From Octopus sinensis (lineage: Eukaryota), in the NCBI RefSeq assembly GCF_006345805.1, contig NC_043006.1:10912001-10976000 (forward strand): a stretch of DNA of 64,000 nucleotides. Reading direction: 5' to 3'. This document shows positions 63,455 through 64,000 of the stretch, one piece after another (within the stretch, counting starts at the first letter, position 1; the number at the start of each line of letters is the position of its first letter). The notes under the pieces were generated by a model. That model did not search any database, was not told the DNA's origin, and was given only the letters and a program-made list of their open reading frames with translations. Position numbers and translations under genes: made by a program.

Positions 63455-64000
63455 ATATTTCTTTACTACCCACAAGGGGCTAAACACAGAGAGGACAAAC
63501 AAGGACAGACGAACGGATTAAGTCGATTACATCGACCCCAGTACGCAACTGGTACTTATTTAATCGACCCCGAAAGAATGAAAGGCAAAGTCGACCTCAG
63601 CGGAATTTGAACTCAGAACGCAACGGCAGACGAATTACCTATTTCCTATTTCTTTACTGCCCACAAGGGACTAAACACAGAGGGGACAAACAAGAACAGA
63701 CAAACAGATTAAGTCGATTATATCGACCCCAGTGCGTAACTGGTACTTAATTTATCGGCCCCAAAAGGATGAAAAGTAAAGTCGACCTCGGAACGTAACG
63801 GCAGACGAAATACCTATTTCTATTTCTTTACTACCCACAAGGGGCTAAACACAGAGAGGACAAACAGGGACAGACAAAGGGATTAAGTCGATTATATCGA
63901 CCCCAGTGCGTAGCTGGTACTTAATTTATCGACCCCGAAAGGATGATAGGCAAAGTCGACCTCGGCGGAATTTGAACTCGGAACGTAACGACAGACGAAA
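63455..64000 (-). mobile_element. SINE family A multimer (at least 3 units, runs off the window)
   Basis: Repeated ctttactacccacaagggg...gaactcagaacg units. Confidence 0.88.

Overview
Repeat-saturated, AT-rich animal DNA, most likely cephalopod (Octopus-type). That call is inferred from the SINE families and the extreme (TA)n/(AGAT)n/(CA)n load, not proven. No intact host protein-coding gene can be supported; almost all ORFs in the track are microsatellite read-throughs. The window holds four to five tRNA-headed SINE families (~30 copies) and five decayed Tc1/mariner elements (two DD34D, one DD36E, one DD37D-like, one Tc1 fragment). It also has two CR1-group LINE fragments, a non-autonomous Helitron, three Penelope-like elements (PLEs) and a 100-N gap. 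The main unexplained signal is a dense set of type I hammerhead ribozyme (HHR) motifs. The strongest is a head-to-tail array of ~395-400-nt non-coding monomers at 25383-27072, each with one HHR whose stem III is a palindrome; this is the architecture of a metazoan retrozyme (candidate circRNA-forming retroelement). Related HHRs occur in a near-full-length PLE (53287-56959), an inverted PLE (30.4-33.05 kb), fold-back mini-elements and a dispersed mini-HHR family with a variant core. Most of these sit in (TA)n tracts. All RNA folds were derived by eye and none has been tested.
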